DNA of 43,362 nt from Terrimicrobiaceae bacterium (GTDB lineage Bacteria > Verrucomicrobiota > Verrucomicrobiia > Chthoniobacterales > Terrimicrobiaceae): positions 1 through 43,362 of the forward strand of contig JBGSVZ010000121.1 in the NCBI GenBank assembly GCA_041752695.1. The letters are read 5' to 3'. Of the stretch, positions 1 through 8,979 are shown one piece after another. The translations under genes were made by a program, and so were the position numbers. A model generated the notes under the pieces. The model ran no database searches, was not told the DNA's origin, and saw only the letters and a list, made by a program, of their open reading frames with translations. Within the stretch, counting starts at the first letter, position 1; each line of letters opens with the position of its first letter.

Positions 1-1678
1 GGGCGGCTTGCGCGGCTTGCTGGGCGGACGCCAGGGCATTGGCGGCCTGCGGGGTTTGGTTGTTCTCGAGATTTTCCTCAGCTCGCTCGATGGCGGCCTC
101 TGCTAGTTCCAGCTGGGCTTCCGCTTGCGCAAGCGCGGCGACTTCCGTTTTCTGTTTGGCCAGTTCCCGCGCGGCCTCTGCGAGTTTCACAGCGGCCTCC
201 ATTTGAGCCTGGAGCGTAGGATTCGGGACGTTTGCGGCGGCTTCCCCCAGCATGGAGGCGGCTTCGGGAGAAATGGGCAGAGCCCTCTGCTGGAAATTGC
301 TCACACTCGCGAGCATGGCCTGCTGCTGAGTTGGGTTGACCTGCGGTTGGCGGGCAGCCTGGGCCTGTTGCATGGCCGCCATCGCAACTTCGCGCTGGAG
401 CTGCTCAAGGACGGCGACCAACTGCGCCGGTGTTTGCGGCTGGTTCGCCTCGGTGCCGGCGATCTGGTCGTTTAAGACTTGGAGGGCGGCGAGCATTTGC
501 TTGAGGGCTTCCTGTGTGTTCACGCGCGCATCCATGTGTTCCTCCCACATGCGGCGGTAGTTCAGCAGGGCCTTCTCCACAGCGTCGCCCGCCGTGACCA
601 GTGGGCCGGAGGCTCCGCCGCTCAGGGGCTCCAGTTCGAAGCGCACGGCGCCCACATCGTCGCCCAGACTGGCCTGCATGATTTTAAAATTGCGGTCGAG
701 ATCCTGCCTTTCACCAATGAGCATCACCGCGTCCATCACCTCCCTTTGCGCGTTTGCTCCGCGCTCCAACCGGGCCGCCAGATCGCGCAGGCGCTCGAGC
801 GGTTCACTGCCGGTGGCCAGCGCCTGCTGCATGGCAACCAGAGTGCGAATGACCTTCGTCTGGGCCTCGACGGCCTGGTTAAGCGGCCCGCTGGCGGCAA
901 GCACGGATGCCTGCTCTGCAAGCTCCGGCAGCTTGTCGGCAATGGAAACGGCAGCGGCCTGGACGAGGCCATTGTGGGGGTCGGACTCAAATTCCTTCGC
1001 GAGGTTCTCGATCTTGCGGCCCAGCAACTTCAGGTCAGCGGTGACGCCCTTCTGGTCTTCGTTGGCGACTTGATAACGTTCGCCGTCACGGTTTCGCAAA
1101 TCCCCCGGAGCCTGTTGGATTTTGCCAAGCCGGGCGAGTTCGAAGCTGGCGGAAACCTCACGCCGCACCAGTTCGGTGAGCTCCCTGGCGATGGATTCGA
1201 GGGTTTCGCGGGCCTGCAGATCCACGGAGAGCTTTTTCAGTCCGGTGCTGACCACCCCCTGACTCCTGAGCGCGCCTGCGATCTTTTCGACCTGCACGTT
1301 GGCGTCCCTGCTCTCACTGGCTTCCTGCAGAGCCCCGATGGCACCGCCCATTTCGTCCTTCGACAGCGCCTGGAGTTTTTCAATGGCCTTGTCCACCGTG
1401 GCCACATCGCCGGGCATGAGTTGTTTCATCTGCTCGCGCAATTCCGTGAGCTCGGACTCGATGGCCTCGGCGTCTCGCTTGACGTCCCCCTGCGCCATGC
1501 TCGCGCGGTAGGCTTCGCTTTGCTGGCCATCCTGAGCGAAGGCCGGAATGGCCAGCGCGAGGGATAGGATAAAAGTCCTCAGCCCCGTTGGAGTCCAGCC
1601 TTTAGGCTGTTCCGAAAGACCCACGCTAAAGCGTGAACTCCAACCTGGCGCCAAACACTTATCTTTTTTCGTTTTCAT
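1..1678 (-). CDS. Large exported Ala/Gln/Glu-rich coiled-coil protein of the MoxR/vWA operon (partial; runs off the left edge)
   Basis: Not in the ORF track because it has no stop in the window. ATG at 1678 overlaps the end of the upstream gene. It reads MKTKKDKCLAPGWSSRFSVGLSEQPKGWTPTGLRTFILSLALAIPAFA-QDGQQSEAYRAS..., i.e. a signal peptide followed by helical repeats. The same frame reads as coiled-coil at the left edge (..EAAIERAEENLENNQTPQAANALASAQQAAQAA). The + ORFs 125-475 and 479-1567 are its antisense shadows. Confidence 0.85.
   Translation of the reverse strand, partial: MKTKKDKCLAPGWSSRFSVGLSEQPKGWTPTGLRTFILSLALAIPAFAQDGQQSEAYRASMAQGDVKRDAEAIESELTELREQMKQLMPGDVATVDKAIEKLQALSKDEMGGAIGALQEASESRDANVQVEKIAGALRSQGVVSTGLKKLSVDLQARETLESIARELTELVRREVSASFELARLGKIQQAPGDLRNRDGERYQVANEDQKGVTADLKLLGRKIENLAKEFESDPHNGLVQAAAVSIADKLPELAEQASVLAASGPLNQAVEAQTKVIRTLVAMQQALATGSEPLERLRDLAARLERGANAQREVMDAVMLIGERQDLDRNFKIMQASLGDDVGAVRFELEPLSGGASGPLVTAGDAVEKALLNYRRMWEEHMDARVNTQEALKQMLAALQVLNDQIAGTEANQPQTPAQLVAVLEQLQREVAMAAMQQAQAARQPQVNPTQQQAMLASVSNFQQRALPISPEAASMLGEAAANVPNPTLQAQMEAAVKLAEAARELAKQKTEVAALAQAEAQLELAEAAIERAEENLENNQTPQAANALASAQQAAQAA
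1587..1644. repeat. 58-bp REP doublet (REPIN-like), copy 1, in-frame within a CDS
   Basis: The minus strand reads GTTGGAGTTCACGCTTTAGCGTG-GGTCTTTCGGAA-CAGCCTAAAGGCTGGACTCCAAC. Both 23-nt arms are identical to the copy at 39406-39463. Confidence 0.9.
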
Positions 1679-3407
1679 TTTTTTCCTGTTTCAGCAGCTC
1701 TCCCAATTCTTTGCGGACATCCTCCTGCGCCCCGGAAAGGTCTTTGATCGATTCGGCATGTTTTCGGAGTTGCTCGGCCAGTTCCGCGCGTTTGGTTTGC
1801 AACGAGACCACCGACCATTGCCGCGGCGCGCTGTAGGTGACGCCGGGTCCCGTGACATCATTATTATCCACCGCCTTGATCCACCAGGCAAAGGTCACGC
1901 CCTCGGCCCAATCCACCGCCTTCTCCGGGTCGGCCCATTCATAATCAAATGACAGTCCTGCCGCGGGTTTCGGCATGGTGATGGGAATCTGTTTGGCCTT
2001 CTCTGGATTAGGCTCCTCGCCTTCACCGAGAGTGTTGGTGGCCTGCACGCAGAGAAACACTTCCTTAACCTTAAAATCGTCCCGCACCTCAAAACGCAGG
2101 CGCGGTTTCTGGCCGGGGACGAGGTTGATATTGTCCGTCTGACCCTCTGCAAAGAGGATCTCCGGCGGCCGGTCGCGAATCACCTCAATGCCGTAAACGG
2201 TGTTGTCCTGTGAGGCGATGTCGTCGTCGTTTTTCAGTTCGACGAACAGTCCGGTGAGATTTTCCTTAGGCACATCGACTTCCGCCCGAAACTCCCTCCG
2301 GTCGGTTCCGCCGGGTTTCATCGCGATAGTTTTTTCGAGGCCGGTCAATACGAGATTGGCGGAGGCAAGCGGTTGACTCGATTTTCCGGAGACGGTGATT
2401 TTGCTACCCGCCAGGAGATTAAGACTGCCAGGAGTGAGACGAGTGGGTGGCAATTCGGTGTAGGGGGGACTTGTTCCTTCAAAGACAATCTCCTCCATCA
2501 CGGGAGGGTGCAGGAGCGTCACCTTCCATTCCTCGCCACGGCCGTCGTTGAGGTAAAACCGATAAGTGAGCGGTTGCTGGACATTGGAAATTTGCAGGGC
2601 AAAAACTTCAGGACTGGAAGCCTTTGGTGAGACGCTCACCATTTCCGGACGTTTGCCTTCGTAATTGACTTCCACCCGACCCGAACGCGGGAGATGCCCG
2701 GACGCTAGGGCGGAAAGTTCTATGGTCTGCCCGGCGGGAATGGCGATGTCTTTGGTGACCGCGATGACAATGGTTTCCGTGGGCAGCGGTTCGTTAATCA
2801 AGACCATGCGGCGGAGCAGAATCAGGCTTTTCGGGGCAAACCACGCGATGGCACCGCCGGCAACCACAACCAGGACCAGCGCCGAGAGAACGAGCTTTCG
2901 CAGCCAGCGGGATGGCACGGCTGGACGAAGGTCGAGGCCGGAAAGACGAGCCGCCATTTTCTCCAGGAGGGCATTGATGATACATGGCGAGCCGTCTGCG
3001 CTCCGGGCCAGCTGGACCGAGGAGATCAACCCGGTGCGAAGTTCCGGCCACTGACGTTCGGCGCGGAGAGCGGCTTCATCGGGCGAGAGGCGGCGGAGCC
3101 AGGGATGAATGCCGAAGTGAAAAATGAGGAAGGCGAGGAGGCCGAGGTCTGCCAGCAAAAACAGCACACGCACCCGCAGCGGAAGGTCGAAAAGCCAGTC
3201 CGCTGCGCCCTGCATCAGCACAAAAGCGCATAATGCGATGACGATCGAAAGCAATCCCCCGGTCCATGCGATATGAAGCGCGCGAGCGCTCAGGGCGTTC
3301 AGGCGGCGGGCGATTAGGGGGGGCAGGGCGGACGGCATCGAGAGCCGCTCGCGGCGTGGTTGCGCGGGGTGGCGTTTGAGAATGGGGTTGGCGAAAAGCT
3401 TTTTCAT
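1659..3407 (-). CDS. Membrane-anchored DUF4175-like protein with Ig-like beta domains (MoxR/vWA operon)
   Basis: ORF 1659-3476. The likely start is the ATG at 3407, an ATGA overlap with the upstream stop. It has N-terminal TM segments, a 'RAERQWPELRTGLISSVQL' motif, beta-rich domains with 'DRPPEI' and 'RDDFKV', and a C-terminal coiled coil. Confidence 0.75.
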   Translation of the reverse strand: MKKLFANPILKRHPAQPRRERLSMPSALPPLIARRLNALSARALHIAWTGGLLSIVIALCAFVLMQGAADWLFDLPLRVRVLFLLADLGLLAFLIFHFGIHPWLRRLSPDEAALRAERQWPELRTGLISSVQLARSADGSPCIINALLEKMAARLSGLDLRPAVPSRWLRKLVLSALVLVVVAGGAIAWFAPKSLILLRRMVLINEPLPTETIVIAVTKDIAIPAGQTIELSALASGHLPRSGRVEVNYEGKRPEMVSVSPKASSPEVFALQISNVQQPLTYRFYLNDGRGEEWKVTLLHPPVMEEIVFEGTSPPYTELPPTRLTPGSLNLLAGSKITVSGKSSQPLASANLVLTGLEKTIAMKPGGTDRREFRAEVDVPKENLTGLFVELKNDDDIASQDNTVYGIEVIRDRPPEILFAEGQTDNINLVPGQKPRLRFEVRDDFKVKEVFLCVQATNTLGEGEEPNPEKAKQIPITMPKPAAGLSFDYEWADPEKAVDWAEGVTFAWWIKAVDNNDVTGPGVTYSAPRQWSVVSLQTKRAELAEQLRKHAESIKDLSGAQEDVRKELGELLKQEKNENEKR

Positions 3408-5773
3408 CTCAACTGCCAAAGCCTCCTCAACAGCCATTCCGTGCAGGCAATCACGACCAGCGCCACCATCCACCACGGTGAATAGAAAAGTTCGTGTTTC
3501 TTAAAGGTCGGCACCGTCGCACTGCGGCTGGAAATCAATGTCGGCAGTTTGTTAAGATCTTCTTCGCGGAGGAATTTTCCTCCCGAAGCATCAGCCATGG
3601 CCTGCAAAAGCGAGGCGTCCATGGCCGTTTCCGCCTGCTCCAGCTTTGGCGGGGAGACGGTGAACTTCACCATGGCGCGTGGATCAATCAGAGTGGAGAA
3701 GCGATAGTCTCCCGCCTGGGTCGCGAGGAAATCGAGTTGGTACGAACCCGGCTGGTCCGGCACTTCCAACAATCGCACGTCGCTAAACTCTTCCTTCGCG
3801 CCCTCCTGCGCACCGAGGAAAATGAGCGTGCCGGGAACAGTCGCTTCCTTCAAAGGGGCGAAACTTTGGGAGAACAATTTGCCCGAAATCACCACCTTGT
3901 CGCCGGTCATGTATTCGGGGCGGTCCGTTTTGAGCTGCGTGCGCGCGGAGGCCCCAAGCTGACGGTCGAGGGAAAAGTTCTGAATGATCTGGTTCCATAT
4001 CCGGGAGTAAAACTTTTCACCGAGTTTGCTGCGCCAACGATAGGTTTCGTCGAACCCGAAATACATCACGGCACCCTGGCCGTAGGTCTGCTGCGCGATC
4101 ACAGGCATCGGCTCGCCGTCCGTCGCGTGGTCCGGATGAGTATCCACCAAAAAAACTTGCGCCGTGGGACGGGCACCGACCACGCGGGCGGTCCAGCGGA
4201 CGCCGGGGAAGGAGTTCCAAATCTGACGATTTTCCAGATTGTTGTCCGCCATGCGCAAGAGCGGAGAATATTCTCCCATGGAAGTGAGTTTGAGAGTGAT
4301 CGGCTCACGGCTGCGCTCGCGCATTTGTTCCTCGGTCAGGTTCGGATCGAGCTTCACCGGCAACAGGGGTTCGAGCGGCGTGCCCGCGTAGCGGAAGGGA
4401 TTGTTTTTCGGACCGGCGAGAAAGATCAGCCCGCCGCCTAGTTCGCCCACCCACTCGGCGATAAGTTTCATATTTTCTTCGCCGAGCATCTCGGGATTAA
4501 CATCGCCAAGGACGAGAATTTCGTTGCCCACCAGCTCGGCGCGGTCGCGCGGAAACTCCTTCAAAAAAGGACTACCCTCCTCATCAGCCAGATCGGCCCC
4601 GCCATCAAAGAGAACGCTTTTCACTAGCAGGCGCCGATCACGCTGCAACGTCGAGAGCAGGTAGCGGAAATCCCACCGCGGCTCCTGTTCGACGTAAAGC
4701 ACCTTCACCTGACTATCCAGCACGCGCGCCCTGGTGCTGGCGGTGTTGTTCTCGTTGGAGGATTCGCCTCCGACGGGCGTGATCACGGCCTCGACGTTCA
4801 CCTCGGCCTTTTCCTGAGGTTCGTAACCGAGCCGGTATTCCGTCTCGCCATCGCCGTCGAGCTTCACTTCCTGTTCGTCGACCGGCTGCCCGTTGACCTT
4901 AAGCTGGATCTTAACCTCGCGGCCCGTGTAACCCGGGGCTCGCACCTTGACGGCAAACTCCGCGCGCTCTTTCACAAACGCCCCGCGCGGCCCCACGATC
5001 TCCTTCACCACAATATCCTTCGGACCGACGATGCCTGTGCCGTAGAGAAAAAGTGGCAGGCCATCGAGCTTCGCCATGCGGGCAATTTCGGCGGGCGGTG
5101 TGCCGGCATTGTTGGCGCCATCGGTAATGACGAGCACGCCCGCCACGGGCTGGCCTCGCACCTCGTCGAGCACCTGACGAAGTGCGTCGCCGATGGCCGT
5201 GGCGTCATCGGTATATTTCAGTCCGCCGAAAAAGGACTCCGCCACGGCGGTGGTTACCTCCTCACCCGCGCCCATCACGCCAATCTTTTTTGCCTCGCGT
5301 CCGAACCGGTAGAACTCCAGGTCGGCCTTTTCCTGCAGACGCGGCCAGAGGTTCAGCTTGTCATTGGCCGCCAGGGATTGAAGCAAGGCCGCGCGGGACG
5401 CGTTTCGCCAGGTGTCAATGCCTCCCGGTGGGTTGCCGGTGAGCGAGGCCGTCGGCGAGAGAAGTCCGGCCGCCAACGCGGCGCGATTGAGATCTTCGTT
5501 GGTTGCACGCTGGTCTTTGATCTCCATGCTTTGCGTGGCATCAAGCAACACAAGCAGACGCTCCCGCACCGGCTCGTTCACGGTGAGAAGCAGGATCGGC
5601 TGCACGAGCAGGAAAAGGAAAATGGCTGCTGCCGTGATCCGGAGGCCGGTCAGCAGGGCACGCTGACGGCGGGAAAGGGTGGCCGCTCCCCAGCGGTACC
5701 CCCACCAGATGAGACCACCGAGCACGAGGAGAAGAAAAAACGCCCAGCCCCAACTCATCCCTTCATACCCCAT
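3404..5773 (-). CDS. Membrane protein with vWA domain, Ig-like domain and class I glutamine amidotransferase-like domain
   Basis: Two N-terminal TM helices, MIDAS-like 'LLDATQSM', 'TAIGDAL', 'VITDGANN', 'KVLYVEQEPRWDFRYL', 'GGGLIFLAG', and a C-terminal TM 'EWLLRR'. The true start may be 5826 (see findings). Confidence 0.8.
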   Translation of the reverse strand: MGYEGMSWGWAFFLLLVLGGLIWWGYRWGAATLSRRQRALLTGLRITAAAIFLFLLVQPILLLTVNEPVRERLLVLLDATQSMEIKDQRATNEDLNRAALAAGLLSPTASLTGNPPGGIDTWRNASRAALLQSLAANDKLNLWPRLQEKADLEFYRFGREAKKIGVMGAGEEVTTAVAESFFGGLKYTDDATAIGDALRQVLDEVRGQPVAGVLVITDGANNAGTPPAEIARMAKLDGLPLFLYGTGIVGPKDIVVKEIVGPRGAFVKERAEFAVKVRAPGYTGREVKIQLKVNGQPVDEQEVKLDGDGETEYRLGYEPQEKAEVNVEAVITPVGGESSNENNTASTRARVLDSQVKVLYVEQEPRWDFRYLLSTLQRDRRLLVKSVLFDGGADLADEEGSPFLKEFPRDRAELVGNEILVLGDVNPEMLGEENMKLIAEWVGELGGGLIFLAGPKNNPFRYAGTPLEPLLPVKLDPNLTEEQMRERSREPITLKLTSMGEYSPLLRMADNNLENRQIWNSFPGVRWTARVVGARPTAQVFLVDTHPDHATDGEPMPVIAQQTYGQGAVMYFGFDETYRWRSKLGEKFYSRIWNQIIQNFSLDRQLGASARTQLKTDRPEYMTGDKVVISGKLFSQSFAPLKEATVPGTLIFLGAQEGAKEEFSDVRLLEVPDQPGSYQLDFLATQAGDYRFSTLIDPRAMVKFTVSPPKLEQAETAMDASLLQAMADASGGKFLREEDLNKLPTLISSRSATVPTFKKHELFYSPWWMVALVVIACTEWLLRRLWQLR

Positions 5774-5822
5774 GGCCGCCTCCGCGCTGCCGCCGGAAAA
5801 AACTTACTGAGGAAGGCGCGGA

Positions 5823-7940
5823 TCATCGGGAAAAACTAAACCGGTGCGCGAGCACCATTTCGGTGAGGAAAACGACGAAGGCGAGCCCAAGGAAAACCAC
5901 CCACAATTCCCTCCGCACTTTGTCCGACGGCGTTACGCCAATCTCGGAAACGGCGACAGCCTCCCCGCGCTTCAAAATGGCAAGCTGTTCGGGATCGAGC
6001 ATGCGCAAATCGGATTCCTTCGCATCGGTCTGGACAGCAAACGCGGCCACGGGCTTTTCATTGCCGGTGACAATCATGCGATATGCCCCGGTCCTGGCGG
6101 TGTCATGGTACCTCACAACCGCATCCTGATTGGTGGCCTCCACTTTGCCGGCCGGACGCGGCTGGCCCTTGCTTCCGGGAGTCAGAATGGAGACCTCGCG
6201 TTTGACGAGATCATGGGACACGCGTCCTTGAAAAACAGCGCCGGGCGCGAGCACGAGCGATTCGCTGGACGTGCGAGGAGAGAGGTGCCCGATCAGGCGC
6301 TGGAGAAACGGGACGAAGTTGGGATGAATGGGAAAATTATTCCCGTCCGTCGTCGCCGCGGTGCTGAAAAGCACGACGCGACCCTTGCCGTAAGGAGCTT
6401 CCACCGCCGCCGGAGTGCCGTCGGAGAAGGCCACGATCGTTTGCGCGGAAGGAGTGGGTGTCAGCGGAAACCAACTCGTGGCCCGCACGGAGCTGAGGTT
6501 GCCGTTGTTCGGATCGTTCCAAAGCGAGGTCACAGGATGCGTGAATTTCCCGCTTTGCCACGCGAGAGGACCGCCGGTCTTTCGCGTTCCGAGTTTTGCA
6601 GGGAGGAGTGGGGCAAGAACGGGATCGTCGTTGAGCACGGCGGGGGTGGTCAGCGCGCCCGGAAAGATCACCAGCGAGCCGCCTGCAAGGACGTATTTTT
6701 CCACCGCTTTCGACGCGGCCGGATCGAGCTTCGCAACGTTCGCGAGAAAGAGAATTTCCTGTCGCGAGAGGTCGGCGGTTTGCAGCCATGCAGGCGGTGC
6801 GGTTTCAATTTTCAGGTAGTATTCGGCTCGGCGTGCCGGTGAAACTGGGGCGAGGCCGTTGACGAGAAAGAATCCATCGCGTTTGTCCTTCGCCGCCGAA
6901 CCGCCTTCGATCACGGCGACATTCATGTGTTCGATCACCTGGACCGCCACGGAGCGCTCATTATCGACCGGCATGCGGTCGGCGGGGATCGCGGCGCGGA
7001 GGGTGTAGAAGCCGGGCTTGGCGAACCGCGCATTGAGGCGGACGACTTGCGATTTCCCGGGCTCCACGGTGCCAAGAACGGTTTCGTCAACGGGTGGCCC
7101 GTCATCCACCGCGAGGGTCACTCGCACACCCGAGATCGGCACGGTTCCGAAATTGCTTACCTCGACCAGAAACCCGCTGAGCCGCCCGGCGGCCGGCACG
7201 CCGCTCTCCGCTTTGAGCGTGGTGATGGCAAGATTGTCGGCCCCGCTGGTCGCGCTCGGATTGACCACCGTCAGCTTCACCCCCGGCGCCTCCGCGAGGA
7301 GGGTCTGGATTTGATCGATCTGGGGCCAGGCGGAAACCTGGTTGTCGGAAAACACAAAAATCTCCTTCCGCGATCCGGCAAAAGGCTTGAGCGTTTCGAG
7401 CGCAAGCCGTGTGGCCGCGACCATGTCGCTGCTCCCATCGGTGGGCTCCGCCACCTCCAGCGTGCGGCGGACCAAGGGTAGATTTGCCGTGGGACACGGC
7501 ACCGCCTGATTCACCCGATCGCCGACCAAAAACAGCGCTACTTGCGAGCCCCCGGCCAGGTTGGCGATAAATTTTCCAGCGGCGGTTTTGGCTTCGTCGA
7601 ACAAGGTCTGAAAACCGTTGCTCTGCCCCATGCTTGCGCTTTGGTCCACCAACACAACGGCGACCATTGGGCCCGTCGCAAGAGCCTCTTGCGCCGCTCC
7701 CGGATTTAGCACTAAACGCGCAAACGCCAGGGCTAGCAGGATGATGAACAGGCAGCGCAGCAGCAGGAGAATGAGGTCCTCGATCTGGAGACGACGCTGA
7801 TTTTTCTGGAGACTCTCCTGCAGGAAACGGATGGCCGCCCAGCGCACCACTTTCACCTGCGTTTTGTTGAGCAAATGGATCGCGATGGGCGCCGCAATCG
7901 CGGCGGCACCGGCCAGAACTGCGGGGACGAGAAAGGCCAT
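5823..7940 (-). CDS. BatA N-terminal + vWA + CARDB/GATase-like domain protein
   Basis: The N-terminus 'PIAIHLLNK...WAAIRFL...LLLLRCL...LAFAR' matches BatA. MIDAS 'VDQSASM' and 'FSDNQ' are present, with a C-terminal TM. Confidence 0.85.
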   Translation of the reverse strand: MAFLVPAVLAGAAAIAAPIAIHLLNKTQVKVVRWAAIRFLQESLQKNQRRLQIEDLILLLLRCLFIILLALAFARLVLNPGAAQEALATGPMVAVVLVDQSASMGQSNGFQTLFDEAKTAAGKFIANLAGGSQVALFLVGDRVNQAVPCPTANLPLVRRTLEVAEPTDGSSDMVAATRLALETLKPFAGSRKEIFVFSDNQVSAWPQIDQIQTLLAEAPGVKLTVVNPSATSGADNLAITTLKAESGVPAAGRLSGFLVEVSNFGTVPISGVRVTLAVDDGPPVDETVLGTVEPGKSQVVRLNARFAKPGFYTLRAAIPADRMPVDNERSVAVQVIEHMNVAVIEGGSAAKDKRDGFFLVNGLAPVSPARRAEYYLKIETAPPAWLQTADLSRQEILFLANVAKLDPAASKAVEKYVLAGGSLVIFPGALTTPAVLNDDPVLAPLLPAKLGTRKTGGPLAWQSGKFTHPVTSLWNDPNNGNLSSVRATSWFPLTPTPSAQTIVAFSDGTPAAVEAPYGKGRVVLFSTAATTDGNNFPIHPNFVPFLQRLIGHLSPRTSSESLVLAPGAVFQGRVSHDLVKREVSILTPGSKGQPRPAGKVEATNQDAVVRYHDTARTGAYRMIVTGNEKPVAAFAVQTDAKESDLRMLDPEQLAILKRGEAVAVSEIGVTPSDKVRRELWVVFLGLAFVVFLTEMVLAHRFSFSR

Positions 7941-7942
7941 GG

Positions 7943-8833
7943 TCAGCGCGAACGGTGGTTTTGCCGGAAAGCGAGATATTCGCTCAGCGTCTCATCGAGC
8001 GGCACGGCCGTGTTGCAGAGCACGTAGTGGCAGGCGCAACGGTCACAAAGGGCGCGCATGCGTTTGCAGAAGGCCTCAAAAGCCGCGAGGTAGCTTTTGC
8101 GGATGGAAGCCGGTGAGGTTTCCAGAGTCGGCCCGCCCTCCATGCCGACAAACTTCACCGTGCCGGTGAACGTGAAGTTGATTTCCGCCGGATCGAGTAC
8201 ATGAAACACAATGACTTCCGTCCCCTGAAAACGAATGCGCTCGATGCTTTTTTGCAGGCTCTCCTCGTCGTCGAAAAGATCGCTGATCAACACAACAATG
8301 CTTCGCGAGCGCAATGAGGCCGCCAGATCGTGGAGCACCTTAGACGTCTGCGTTCCCTCAGTGGCTTGAAAGGACGCCAACCGATGCATGATTTCGTGGA
8401 TCTTGCCACGATTGTCGGTGCGTTCTTGACGCTCCCTCACCTCGGTATCGAAAATATTCACCGACACCGCATCGCTCTGGCCGAGCACGATATAAGCAAG
8501 GCAGGCGGCCAGCACTTTGGCGTAATCCAGCTTCGTCAGTTTCTCTGACCCGTAGGTCATGGACTCGCTGCCATCCACCACAAGGTGCGCGACGAAGTTG
8601 GTGTCCTGCTCGTATTGCTTGATGTAATAGCGGTCCGTGCGGCCAAGAACCTTCCAGTCGAGGTGCCGTAAATCGTCGCCGGTGGTGTATTCGCGGTGCT
8701 GGGTAAATTCGATGGCAAAACCGTGAAACGGCGAGCGGTGTTCGCCCACGCGATAACCTTCCACAATGCCACGCGCGATCAGGCCAAGTGCTTCGCCCTT
8801 GGCAATCGCGGCGGGATCTAGGAGGGTGGACAT
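7943..8833 (-). CDS. DUF58 family (vWA-like) protein
   Basis: 'GEHRSPFHGFAIEFTQHREYTTGDDLRHLDWKV..RTDRYYIKQYE' is the DUF58 signature. The gene lies directly downstream of MoxR. Confidence 0.92.
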   Translation of the reverse strand: MSTLLDPAAIAKGEALGLIARGIVEGYRVGEHRSPFHGFAIEFTQHREYTTGDDLRHLDWKVLGRTDRYYIKQYEQDTNFVAHLVVDGSESMTYGSEKLTKLDYAKVLAACLAYIVLGQSDAVSVNIFDTEVRERQERTDNRGKIHEIMHRLASFQATEGTQTSKVLHDLAASLRSRSIVVLISDLFDDEESLQKSIERIRFQGTEVIVFHVLDPAEINFTFTGTVKFVGMEGGPTLETSPASIRKSYLAAFEAFCKRMRALCDRCACHYVLCNTAVPLDETLSEYLAFRQNHRSR

Positions 8834-8839
8834 ACGTCA

Positions 8840-8965
8840 GGGTCGAGGGCCTGGGGCCATGGGCCGAGGGATCTGAACAAGAGTCGCGATCATGGGCGCG
8901 TGGATCGGGTTAAAAACGTTTCCTCCCGGATTTCTCTTTGTGCTCTTTGCGTTCTCTGCGGATAA
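8840..8965. repeat. Two degenerate micro-tandem arrays (7-mer x5 and 9-mer x3) in the MoxR-DUF58 gap
   Basis: GGGTCGA GGGCCTG GGGCCAT GGGCCGA GGGATCT at 8840-8874, and CTCTTTGTG CTCTTTGCG TTCTCTGCG at 8934-8960. Confidence 0.6.
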
Positions 8966-8979
8966 ATTTCTTTTCCCCA

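Noticed and set aside
125..1567. Long + strand ORFs 125-475 and 479-1567
   Set aside because: They are antisense shadows, in the same codon register, of the minus-strand coiled-coil gene starting at 1678.
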